This document shows positions 1 to 11,346 of a DNA stretch of 49,209 bases, in pieces (the stretch's first letter is position 1; every line of letters starts with the position of its first letter). The position numbers were made by a program, and so were the translations under genes. The notes under the pieces were generated by a model. That model did no database searches. It had not been told where the DNA came from and worked only from the letters and a program-made list of their open reading frames with translations. The stretch is from Macrostomum lignano (lineage: Eukaryota), in NCBI GenBank assembly GCA_002269645.1, contig NIVC01002877.1, forward strand, positions 83,292-132,500, written 5' to 3'.

Positions 1-263
1 ATCAAACAAAAGCAGAAAAAAGCCAAAAAACAAAGAAAAGAAGCTCAGCGCTGAGGAGACAGCAAACAAATAACTGTTAAAAATATTATAAAATCTAAAA
101 TATTTAATAAAAACATCGAATAGAGTGCGACCCACGACTTAGTGACATCTCTAATATCATCTAATAACTAGTTATCCACAAATATAACTTGATGAAAAAA
201 CTGCACGATAATTGGTTTCAAAGAAGATTATTTGAAGGCTCAAATTTTAACAACGAAAAATCC

Positions 264-507
264 AGATGGGCCACTCAGCAAATTTGCGTGCAAGCTACGA
301 GCTACTTTCAGTTCAGTAGTAAGTTAAACAGAAGCATTTTAATGTATTTTTAAAGGCAAGGCTCAGTTATTGGCTCTTAGCAAAGTCATCTCAGCTGCCT
401 TTATTCTTATAAAATAGCCTATGTATTCTTTTTTACTACTGATCTGAAAGTAGAAAGCGTTTTGCTAAGTATAATATGCCTGAGTGGCCTTCTAGTTATT
501 TAGTATC
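264..507 (+). repeat. Dispersed repeat, copy A
   Basis: CCACTCAGCAAATTTGCGTG..AGCTACTTTCAGTTCAGTAGTAAGTTAAACAGAAGCATT and AAAATAG..TATGTATTCTT..GTAGAAA recur at 10876-11317. Confidence 0.75.
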
Positions 508-1104
508 TGTGGAAAAACAAAACAAATCAACGCAGATTCCACAATGACTTCAACAATTCCTTCAAAAGCTTTCTAAGAAACACTCCGGTGCTATCAACAG
601 TTGGCATGACTAATACAAAAACTTTTTCTGAAATATAATTTTTATTGCACAGTAACAAACGCTAATAGAGACGAAAATCTACCAAAATTTAATATTTAAT
701 CATTATTAAAACGATCAAATCGATGAGAAATGCATGACAAAAATTGCACACCATTATCTGCTTATGTTAAACGTCGATGATTATAAAGAATTTATTGATT
801 AAGCTGTGCAAAGTTAATTATTGATGGCGCAGATTTATAAACAAAATTTTAATGTTTTATTAGCGTATTACTACTAAGTGATCCTTGGCGTTAGTAGTGC
901 ATTACTATCCAAAACCCGGGAAACACCTTAACAAAAGGACGCTAAAAAAGCATGTTTAATGAAAGATTACTTAGTTTAAACGATATAATAATACTAATAA
1001 TAATAGTAATATAATAATCATAGTGTTGGCAGCGGTAGCTTGCACAGCAAAAAAGGGCATGCAATTTATGCAATCAAAATTGGGAGATTCCTTCATCCGA
1101 TCGA

Positions 1105-4100
1105 TCAGAACGCCGTCTCTTTTCGATCGCCGCTCTGCAGGCGGATGCCGGCCGCCGCCCGCCGGGCAAGCAGCTCGTCCTTCGCCTGCCGCTGGGCCGC
1201 CGCCGCCGCCACTGCAGCTCGCCGCCGCTTGTCGCCATTCCGACGCGAGGCGCCCCTGCCGATTGCGGATACGGCGGAACCGGCCGCAGCGGAAGCCGCT
1301 TCCTCGGGCGACGAGTTGGACAAATCGGACGCGTTGGCATTGATCACTGTGGCGCCATTGTTAAGTATTAGTTGCAGAGTCGGCTTCGATCTTGGCGGCA
1401 GTTGCTGCTGCTGCTGGAACTGATGCAGCTCGCGATGATGCGGATACTGATGATGCTGGTACAGCTGGTGCTGACTGTTGAACGTACCCCCCTGTATAGG
1501 AGTGATTCGAGTGAAGCCCGAACCGCCGCCGCCGGAGGAGCCGCCGGAGCCGCCGCTGCCGCCTGTGGCACCGCTGCCGCTGCCGCCACCGCCGCCGCCG
1601 TTGCTGCTAGATGAGGCGACGCCCGGCGAGGCGCCACGGGCCAGAAGCAGCTCGGCCACCTGACGGTGTCCGCATTTCACGGCCACCCGATACGGGGTCC
1701 GGCCGATTCTGTCAACGTGGTTGGCGCGGGCGCCGGCGTCCAGCAGGACTTGGCAGACGGCCAGGTGGCCCTCCTGTGCGGCGATGCACAGCGGCGTGGC
1801 GCCCTGCCGGCAGACTGAGTCCACTTCAGCGCCGTTGGCTAGCAGCAGCTGGCACAGGTGAGCCTTGATTGACAGGTGCGTTTGTAATTGTCACTTTTAT
1901 AGCTGCGGTCAGTAGACCGGTCATAGACTCATATGCAAAGGTTATTTCCTAACCAGTTATAACTTGTTAATAACCCATGATAATTTTATAGGCCATCGAT
2001 ATGGAGTCATAGCTGTTTTTTTATTAGAGGCAGGGGGGCTGTGTGCACCCTGGCGCACTTTAAGCGACATAGGCACACAACCGGCGAGAGGCATTACTGC
2101 CCATTCCGCCGACTCCCCTGAGCAGGCATACAAGCGCGCGGATACGTACGCAGGCACACACTCACACAGGAGTGTACAGCGGCCCTAACTTTATATTATC
2201 GTTAGGTATGTACTACACTTCACTGCGCTTTGGGGGGTTGGCTCTCAAGGCCGTTAATTGCACGAGCAGAGCCAAGCCGAGATTCCAATTCAGCCCCAAA
2301 TTAATGTGACTGCACTTGGAATCGAGCCTGGGTCGCTGGCACACCAGAGCAGCTGCGCTACCGCTGGGCTACGGCCCCCCATGGAGTCATAGCTGTTTAT
2401 TCTGTCGGTCGTAGCTACAGGTCATTCAAATCGGTCATAGCTACAGGTCATTCAAATCGGTCATAGCTACAGGTCATTCAAATCGGTCATAGCTATAGGT
2501 CATTCAAATCGGTCATAGCTACAGGTCATTCAAATCGGTCATAGCTACAGGTCATTCAAATCGGTCATAGCTACAGGTCATTCAAATCGGTCATAGCTAC
2601 AGGTCATTCAAATCGGTCATAGCTACAGGTCATTCAAATCGGTCATAGCTACAGGTCATTCAAATCGGTCATAGCTACAGGTCATTCAAATCGGTCATAG
2701 CTACAGGTCATTCAAATCGGTCATAGCTACAGGTCATTCAAATCGGTCATAGCTACAGGTCATTCAAATCGGTCATAGCTACAGGTCATTCAAATCGGTC
2801 ATAGCTACAGGTCATTCAAATCGGTCATAGCTACAGGTCATTCAAATCGGTCATAGCTACAGGTCATTTAAATCGTTCATAGCTACAGGTCATTCGATCT
2901 GACATTCATTTTAATTTGACGCCTCACCTGTCCCTGCCAGGCGGCGGCGCTCAACGCACTGCCACCGTCGGCGTCCTTGGCGTTGACGTCGGCGCCCCGG
3001 CTGATCAACAGGCCGGCTGCTTCGGCCCGGCCAAGCCAGGCAGCAACGTGCAGCGGTGTCCGGCCCTGCTCGTCGGCCAGGTTTGACGAGGCGCCGCAAT
3101 CCAGCAGCAGGCTGGCTAAGCTGCACCCACCCTCCGAGGCGGCCGCGGCCAGGTACAGCAGGGATCGGCCGGCCCGGTCGGTCATGTTGGGATCGGCACC
3201 GCGGGACAGCAGCAGCTCGAGGAGGTCCGGCCGGCCAAGCTGGAAGGCGGCCAGCAGCGGAGTTAAGCCGTCCTCGTCGTGTCCGGGAATCCCGGCGGCC
3301 AACCGGTCGGTCTCGGCCAGGAGGGCCGCCACTTCGGCTTGGCCGGACAGGACGGCCAACAGGAGGGGCGTCCGGCCGGCCGAGTCCTGGGAGCGAGTGG
3401 CCGCGCCGTTGCCTGTGAAAGAGGGTAGGAAAAGAGCAGGTTTGAAACTACCGAATCATTGCCACTGGCAACCTACACAATACAGCCGGCAACCTACCCA
3501 ATACAGCCGGTAACCTACCCAATACAGCCGGTAACCTACCCAATACAGCCGGCAACCTACCCAATACAGCCGGCAACCTACCCAATACAGCCGGCAACCT
3601 ACCCAATACAGCCGGTAACCTACCCAATACAGCCGGTAACCTACCCAATACAGCCGGCAACCTACCCAATACAGCCGGCAACCTACCCAATACAGCCGGT
3701 AACCTACCCAATACAGCCGGTAACCTACCCAATACAGCCGGCAACCTACCCAATACAGCCGGCAACCTACCCAATACAGCCGGTAACCTACCCAATATAT
3801 CCGGCAACCTACCCAACAGCAGCTGGCAGACGTCGGCGTGTCCGGCTCCGGCGGCATGGTGCAGCACAGTCAAGCCGGCATTGTCGGCGTGGCCCTCGTC
3901 GAGGCCGCGAGCCAGAAGTGCTTCCACCACGGCTGACTGGCCGGAGACAGCGGCCAGAGACAGGGCGGAGCGGCCGTGCCTGTCCAGCTGGTGCGGATTG
4001 GCGTTAAAGAAGAGCAGGGCTTGAACTGCGCGAAAGTCGCCGAGTCGGGAGGACACCAGCAGAGCGCTAATACCGTCGCGGTCGCATCTGAGGATGGGCG

Positions 4101-7100
4101 CCAATCAGAGAGAATGAGAAGTGTACATGTGCATCGCAAAGTGAAGACAGGAACATAACCTGTTAGACAGGAACATAACCTGTTAGACAGGAACATAACC
4201 TGTTAGACAGGAACATAACCTGTTAGACAGGAACATAACCTGTTAGACAGGACCATAACCTGTTAGACAGGACCATAACCTGTTAGACAGGAACATAACC
4301 TGTTAGACAGGAACATAACCTGTTAGACAGGACCATAACCTGTTAGACAGGACCATAACCTGTTAGACAGGACCATAACCTGTTAGACAGGAACATAACC
4401 TGTTAGACAGGAACATAACCTGTTAGACAGGAACATAACCTGTTAGACAGGAACATAACCTGTTAGACAGGAACATAACCTGTTAGACAGGAACATAACC
4501 TGTTAGACAGGAACATAAACTGTTAGACAGGAACATAACCTGTTAGACAGGAACATAACCTGTTAGACAGGAACATAACCTGTTAGACAGGAACATAACC
4601 TGTTAGACAGGAACATAAGCTACTGTTAGGATGATCGGTAAGGAGCCTAATCTACATTAGCTATACGATAAAGAGGGTAAGCCCGATGACCAAAAGTACA
4701 CAGAGAACTAGAGTCCCCCAGATCCACACACCTGTCAACATCCGCATCGGAATCCAGCAGGAAGTCCATCAGCTCGTGCCGTTTAGCCAGGCAAGCGTGT
4801 ATGAGGGCTGTCCGGCCGTCGGCGTCGGCCAAGTTAATATCGGCGCCCGCATCGAGCAGTCGCTGTATAGCGGCGACGCTGATTGGCTCGTGCAGGCACA
4901 GGGCAGCCAACAGCAGGGCGATCGGCCGCCATTGTCTCGGGCATCAACCCGAGCTCCGGTGTCCAGCAGCAGGCCGATCAGCTCCGATTGGCCGCGCGCC
5001 GTGGCCAACATCAAAGCTGTCCGACCGTCCGAGTCCACCCGGTCAAGATCGGCGCCGGCGCTCAACAGCAGGGTGACTAAATCCGGCCGGCCGAGTGCCA
5101 AAGCCAGCGGCAGGGCCACCCAGCAGCCAGGCGGACCGTCGGGCTTGGCGCCGTGCGACAACAGCAGGGTGACGGCGTCGGCCCGGCCGCCTAGCAGGGC
5201 CCAATCGAGGGCTGAGTAGCCGCCGGAGTCGCGTCGGTTCAACTAAAGAACGGCGGGTAAACAGCGGTAGTAACTTTAACTGTATATTCATAAGCAAATG
5301 CCTCGTCATCTAATTAGCAGCTACAGTACTAACAGTAGATTGAAATTAACAAATTCAAACCTGAGAATTGGGCCCGGCCAGCAGCCTGTCAATAGTAGCC
5401 AAATCTCCGGCATAGGCGGCCAGCATTAGCGGCGTAGTCGATCCGGAGCAGCCGCCTCCGTCGTCGCCATCGACGGCCTCGTCCTCCAGGGACAGCTGAG
5501 TGTCGGCCGGTTCAATTGGCCGATTAGCCGAGGCGGCAACAGAGGCGGCCTCCTGTTCAACAGCTTCGTCCCAGTTTAACAGAGCAATGGCCATCAGGCG
5601 CAGCTCGGGCGGATCGCGTATTCTCAATAATAGCCTGGGACCGCAGGACCAGCGGCGCAGTAGCAGCAGGGTGAGCAGCAACAGATGCTCAGGCTGCAAA
5701 CCGCAACCGGCGGCTAGAAGGGAGCGGGCGAAGTCTCGCAGCATAGCGGCTCGCTCGGCCGGAGCGGACGGAGGCTGGCGCCAGTAGCAGAGGCAGTGAG
5801 CGGCCAGCAAGCAGTGGCCAAGCCGCTGGCTAACCAGATAGGCTGGCGTGCAGTACTTGGCATCCTGCAGCCAGTCCGATAGGGCGTTGTGCGCCAGCAC
5901 CAGGCACCTGATGGGATTGGCGCGAGCGGCTAAGCTCGATTAGCGCAAGTTCTTCATCACTCCCCCTGTCCTTCAGCTCTCTCCCTGTCCTTCAGCTCTC
6001 CCCCTGTCCTTCAGCTCTCCCCTGTCCTTCAGCTCTTCCTTCTGTCCTTCAGCTCCCCCCTGTCCTTCAGCTCTCCCCCTGTCCTTCAGCTCTTCCTTCT
6101 GTCCTTCAGCTCCCCCCTGTCCTTCAGCTCCCCCCCTTGTCCTTCAGCTCTCCCCCTGTCCTTCAGCTCTCCCCCTGTCCTTCAGCTCCCCCCTGTCCTT
6201 CAGCTCTCCCCCTGTCCTTCAGCTCTCCCCCTGTCCTTCAGCTCTCTCCCTGTCCTTCAGCTCTCTCCCTGTCCTTCAGCTCTCCCCCCTGTCCTTCAGC
6301 TCTTCCCCTTGTCTTTCAGCTCTCTCCCTGTCCTTCAGCTCTCTCCCTGTCCTTCAGCTCTCCCCCCTGTCCTTCAGCTCTTCCCCTGTCCTTCAGCTCT
6401 CCCCCTGTCCTTCAGCTCTCTCCCTGTCCTTCAGCTCTCCCCCTGTCCTTCAGCTCCCCCTGTCCTTCAGCTCTCTCCCTGTCCTTCAGCTCTCCCCCTG
6501 TCCTTCAGCTCTCCCCCTGTCCTTCAGCTCTTCCCCTGTCTTTCAGCTCTCTCCCTGTCCTTCAGCTCTCTCCCTGTCCTTCAGCTCTCTCTCTTGTCCT
6601 TCAGCTCTCTCCCTGTCCTTAGCTTTTCCCCGTGTCCTTCAGATCTTTCCCTGTCCTTCAGCTCTCCCCTTGTCTTAGGGCAGAGCCCTCAGCGATAATC
6701 ACATCTGACTATCGCGCCAAGACCCCAGGTAAATTTTGTGCGATGCAACACCTATGAGGGCCAACCACCAAGGCACAGAGAGTGTACATGCCTGACGATT
6801 AGAAAGTCAAAGGGCCACTGTACACCCTGTGTGAGCGTGTCTGTGAGTGCGTGAATGCGTACAGTGGAATGGGCAGAACTGCCTCAGCGCTGGTTGCAGG
6901 ATAATGCCAACTCTACTATACTCACCTGTCCGGCGTAGCCCTGAGCAGCAGCCTGAGCCGGGCAACCTGGGCAGCGAATCGGGCAAAGCTGAGGCCGGGA
7001 TTCTGCACGCTGACAGCCTGATAGGCCAGCCGAACTGGCGCCGGCTCGCCCAGCGCCAGCAGCAGCGCCAGCAGGCACCTGGCCAGCTGCCACAGCTCCG

Positions 7101-8629
7101 GATCGGTTGAGAACAATCGCTGGAATAAATAGAGGAACACGCCGGCTAAGGTGCCGGGCATCTGGGCAACCTCGGACAGCTGGACGGTACCCTGAGCTAC
7201 GGCGTCTAGCACTAGCTCTAGATAGGCAAAGCAGGCGTTGCCTTTGATGTGCAGCTGGTTAAGCAGGCAGGCGGTCTCTCTGTTGAGGTGCTGGCGCAGT
7301 TGCTCATTGGAATCCAGGCGCCACAGGATGAACTGCTGAACATCTCGGAGGACCTTCGATTTATTGATGACAGCAATAAAATCAGAGTTTTTTAGCGTGA
7401 AAACCTGGAAAACTTAGAAATCCTAACTTAACATCCCGAATGACAACTATAAAACTGGACTGTGATCGTAACTTTAGAACCAGACAGTAATTCTAACTAT
7501 AGAACCGGACAGTAATTCTAACTATAGAACCGGACATAAACCTCCCAACTAGGACCGGACATAAACCTCCCAACTAGGACCGGACATAAATCTCTCAACT
7601 AGGACCGGACATGAATCTCCCAACTAGGACCGGACATAAATCTCTCAACTAGGACCGGACATGAATCTCTCAACTAGGATCGGACATAAATCTCTCAACT
7701 AGGACCGGACATAAATCTCTCAACTAGGACCGGACATGAATCTCCCAATTAGGACCAGACATAAATCTCCCACTTAGGACCAGACATGAATCCTAAATAG
7801 AATCGGACAGTAATCCTATGCAGAAGCGGACAGCCAGAATGCCAATCAACCCAGCCCAACAGCCAATCCCTACCTGCGGCTTCCTGGCATCGGTGAGCTG
7901 GAGCTTGGAGAAGCCGGCAAAGGCCCGGCTAAGCCGGCGGTCATCGCGCCGGGAGGAGCACACGAGCACCAGCCAGGCTGGCAGGCTGCGCTGATGCCGA
8001 GCCAGCAGGTCGAACACGCAGCCGCTTGGCCCAGCCGGTGCTGCGGCCGCCGCCGTGGATCCGCCGCTTCGCTGCAGCTGCTTACGCGACGGCGCCGAAG
8101 CGGCGGCAGCAGCCGCCGCGGCCGCTTCGTCCGGAGTTCGAGTCTCGTCCAGACCGTCAACCAGCAGCAGATAGTGCCTGGCTGGCGGCTGCAAAGCCAG
8201 CAGAGGCTTCAGCAAGCCTTCAGCGAACACCCTGTCTGGCGAGTCGTTCATACAGCGATAGGTGAACAATTCAACGCCGCCAGTTCGCCGGAGCAGCTGC
8301 TCATAGGCCGGCCCGACCTCCGGGTGCTTGACGATCTGCTGGCGCAGCGAGAACAGGAAGTGGCTGAGCCGCAGGCTGTGGCTGTACAACTGCGAGCAGA
8401 AATAATAAGCCAGCACGTGAGAGCGAAGCCGATGCCGGGCGTCCGGGCTGGCTTGGCTAGCTGTAGGCCAGATTAGTTCAGTCATCAAAGCGGTTTTGCC
8501 GCAGCCGCTCTCGCCTAGCAACACGACGCCAGGATGTGCTGGAGTCTGGCCGGCGTTCACGTAGCCTAAGAGCTTGTCGAATACCCACTCTCTACAGTGG
8601 AATTCTCTGCCGCGTAGGCTGCTGTCCAT
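1105..8629 (-). CDS. ANKRD50: ANKRD50-like protein: N-terminal P-loop (NACHT-like) domain plus ankyrin repeats, about 1250 aa, 7 exons, one apparent frameshift
   Basis: Exons: 8629-7874, 7353-6926, 5907-5361, 5242-4732, 4087-3813, 3412-2928, 1863-1105; all junctions GT..AG with matching phases. Motifs [39 protein letters not shown] and [10 protein letters not shown]...LNQLHIK match ANKRD50 as I recall it, followed by many GRTPL/GxTAL ankyrin repeats. A one-base shift near 4916-4919 is needed to keep exon 4 open. Confidence 0.9.
2019..2380 (-). mobile_element. tRNA-derived SINE with A-rich tail and 18-bp target-site duplication, in ANKRD50 intron 6
   Basis: The minus strand starts GGGGCCGTAGCCCAGCGG (A box), has GGCTCGATTCC (B box) and ends CTAATAAAAAA. 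The direct repeat ATGGAGTCATAGCTGTTT occurs at 2001-2018 and 2381-2398. Confidence 0.85.
2407..2895. repeat. Minisatellite, 26-bp unit GGTCATAGCTACAGGTCATTCAAATC, about 19 copies (ANKRD50 intron 6)
   Basis: Directly visible tandem array. Confidence 0.95.
3467..3813. repeat. Minisatellite, 21-bp unit CAACCTACCCAATACAGCCGG, about 16 copies (ANKRD50 intron 5)
   Basis: Directly visible tandem array starting at the splice donor. Confidence 0.95.
4146..4619. repeat. Minisatellite, 20-bp unit GACAGGAACATAACCTGTTA, about 23 copies (ANKRD50 intron 4)
   Basis: Directly visible tandem array. Confidence 0.95.
5255..5317 (+). other. Degenerate 63-nt 28S rRNA fragment covering the R2/I-PpoI target region (not an rRNA gene)
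   Basis: 50/63 gap-free identity to the recalled eukaryotic LSU consensus GGGTAAACGGCGGGAGTAACTATGACTCTCTTAAGGTAGCCAAATGCCTCGTCATCTAATTAG; the last 23 nt are exact. Confidence 0.8.
5962..6670. repeat. Pyrimidine-rich minisatellite, 19-21-bp unit CTGTCCTTCAGCTCTCCCC (ANKRD50 intron 2)
   Basis: Directly visible tandem array with a variable C-run. Confidence 0.93.
6755..6900 (+). mobile_element. SINE body fragment related to the 2019-2380 element
   Basis: Shares GGGCCRCTGTACAC.CCTGTGTGAG and GAATGGGCAG.A.TGCC...CGC.GGTTG with the minus-strand SINE body. Confidence 0.6.
7545..7792. repeat. Minisatellite, 25-bp unit AGGACCGGACATAAATCTCTCAACT, about 10 copies (ANKRD50 intron 1)
   Basis: Directly visible tandem array. 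Confidence 0.93.
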
Positions 8630-8823
8630 GCCGGTTGCTGGCGCTGTTGATATTTCTGTAATAATGAATAATACTTACAAAATCTGAGCTAATTCTATCA
8701 TGCAGCCGCGACTCGCTTGGTCAGTCCATGACAAACTGCATGCATTATAGAGTGCAAATAGCCGCTAGTTAATAGATGATTATTATGCAAGAGACTTATA
8801 AGTTTGTATAAGCAATTCCTCCC

Positions 8824-9945
8824 TGAATGTGTTTATCCGAGTTTACCTATCCTCTTCGAATGTGTTTATAGGAGTTTACCTATCCTTTTCGAATGTGTTT
8901 ATCCGAGTTTACCTATCCCCTTCGAATGTGTTTATAGGAGTTTACCTATCCTTTTCGAATGTGTTTATCCGAGTTTACCTATCCCCTTCGAATGTGTTTA
9001 TAGGAGTTTACCTATCCTTTTCGAATGTGTTTATCCGAGTTTACCTATCCCCTTCGAATGTGTTTATAGGAGTTTACCTATCCTCTTCGAATGTGTTTAT
9101 CCGAGTTTACCTATCCCCTTCGAATGTGTTTATAGGAGTTTACCTATCCTCTTCGAATGTGTTTATCCGAGTTTACCTATCCCCTTCGAATGTGTTTATA
9201 GGAGTTTACCTATCCTCTTCGAATGTGTTTATAGGAGTTTGCCTATCCTCTTCGAATGTGTTTATCCGGGTTTACCTAGCCTCTTCGAATGTGTTTATCC
9301 GAGTTTACCTATCCTCTGAATGTTTATCCGAGTTTACCTGTCCTCTTCGAATGTGTTTATCCGGGTTTACCTAGCCTCTTCGAATGTGTTTATCCGAGTT
9401 TACCTATCCTCTGAATGTTTATCCGAGTTTACCTGTCCTCTTCGAATGTGTTTATCCGAGTTTACCTATCCTCTTCGAATGTGTTTATCCGAGTTTACCT
9501 ATCCTCTTTGAATGTTTATCCGAGTTTACCTATCCTCTTTGAATGTTTATCCGAGTTGACCTATCCTCTTTGAATGTTTATCCGAGTTGACCTATCCTCT
9601 TTGAATGTTTATCCGAGTTGACCTATCCTCTTTGAATGTTTATCCGAGTTGACCTATCCTCTTTGAATGTTTATCCGAGTTGACCTATCCTCTTTGAATG
9701 TGTTTATCCGAGTTGACCTATCCTCTTCGAATGTGTTTATCCGAGTTGACCTATTCTCTTCGAATGTGTTTATCCGAGTTTACCTATCCTCTTCGAATGT
9801 GTTTATAGGAGTTTACCTATCCTCTTCGAATGTGTTTATCCGAGTTTACCTAGCCTCTTCGAATGTTTATCCTATTTCCTATTTTAAACTTCGAATGTTT
9901 TACCTATTCTCTTCGAATGTGTTTATTCGAGCTTACTTATAACCC
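8824..9945. repeat. Minisatellite, 33-bp unit CGAATGTGTTTATCCGAGTTTACCTATCCTCTT, degenerating to about 10160
   Basis: Directly visible tandem array upstream of the ANKRD50 ATG. Confidence 0.93.
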
Positions 9946-10875
9946 TATGGATCTGTTTATCCAGTTGACCTAAACCCCTTTAGATGTGTTTATCTGAGTT
10001 GACCTATATCCATTTGAATGTGTTTCTCTTTACTCTCCTGGATGTGTTTATCTAATTTGATCTATTCCTCTTGAATGTGTTTATCTAAGTTTATCTATCC
10101 CCTTAAATGTGTTTATCTAATTTGATATATACCCGTTGAGTGTGTTTATCGAAGTTTATCTATTTCAGTTAGTCATTTGCATAAAAAATGAAAACCAATC
10201 TTAAATCATGAAGAATTCAAGTTCAAAATATAATTTTATAAATGAAAAATAGTTCACAAAGCTACTAACAAAAAAGACATGACAGAATCGCAATCACACT
10301 GGGACATGATACAGTATCTACGGCACTATATTATTGCTAAGATGGGAGAAAGAATTTATAAACATCTGATCATTGCTCACAATGGCATAGCAACGTTTTC
10401 AAGTATGCCAGAACTAAAGTGCGAACGTACCTAAGAAGAAGCGATTAAAAGACTAGGGGAACTTTTGACAATCAAGGTCGAATATGAACTTTACGTAACA
10501 AACCAGCCAACGCGCATAAGTTTAAAATATCAAGTTTATTCGACTGTTTAAAAATCACATTTCACAGTTTTTAGCGGCGTAATAAATCAATAAAAATCAT
10601 AATCCAATTGGCACTTTGCTCAATAATATCTCAAAGATCAATAATAAAATATTGAAGAAAAAAGATGTCAAAAAATCTGGAGAAAACTACGTTAGTTACT
10701 ACTAATCTTTTTCAAATAGATTTCCACACTGGACCCCAGACTGCATTTAGGCTAGGCCCTGGTACTAGGTCACATGTTAATGCCAGATTGTGCACGCTTC
10801 CGGTATGCGTACTCTTTCAGCTAAATTTGGGAATCGAATGCCGCCAGAACCACAAATTCTAGAATAACTACTCGT

Positions 10876-11317
10876 AGATGCGCCACTCAGCAAATTTGCG
10901 TGTAAGCTACTTTCAGTTCAGTAGTAAGTTAAACAGAAGCATTCTAATGTATTTTTAAAGTCAATTAGTCAAGGCTTATTAATTGGCTCTTTATCCCCCC
11001 TCCAGCTTAAAACGCTCCAACTACAAAATCTTTACCCCCGCCCCCCGCTGCCCCAAATTTTTATTGCCTTCTTCCAGTGTTCCAGCCTAAATAAAGCTGC
11101 CATGTACATTTCAGTGGCGCTGGCCAATGTACATTATGGCTAAACCAATTAGCAAGTTGTTTACGTCTACGAGCTTGGCTTCTAAATAATAAACTTATCA
11201 AAGTTTCCTTTTAAAAATAGCTTATGTATTCTTCCTTGCTACTGAACTGGAAGTAGAAATAAGGCTGTTTTACTACGCTTTATATGCCTAGGTGGCTCAT
11301 ATAGTTGTTTTAGCATC
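10876..11317 (+). repeat. Dispersed repeat, copy B, with about 200 bp of extra internal sequence
   Basis: Colinear with 264-507 except for extra sequence at about 10992-11195. Confidence 0.7.
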
Positions 11318-11346
11318 AAAACTTTTACTCGTACTTATATTATAGA

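Noticed and set aside
5243-5360. Intronic C/D snoRNA guiding 28S helix 71 methylation (U15-like antisense)
   Set aside because: No RTGATGA C box or CTGA D box next to the antisense block, and gap-free similarity extends 40 nt beyond a guide length; the second copy also lacks boxes.
8657-8680. 23-nt micro-intron GTAAGT..TTACAG in the ANKRD50 5'UTR
   Set aside because: Too short for normal splicing; the AG more likely serves a longer upstream intron or trans-splicing.
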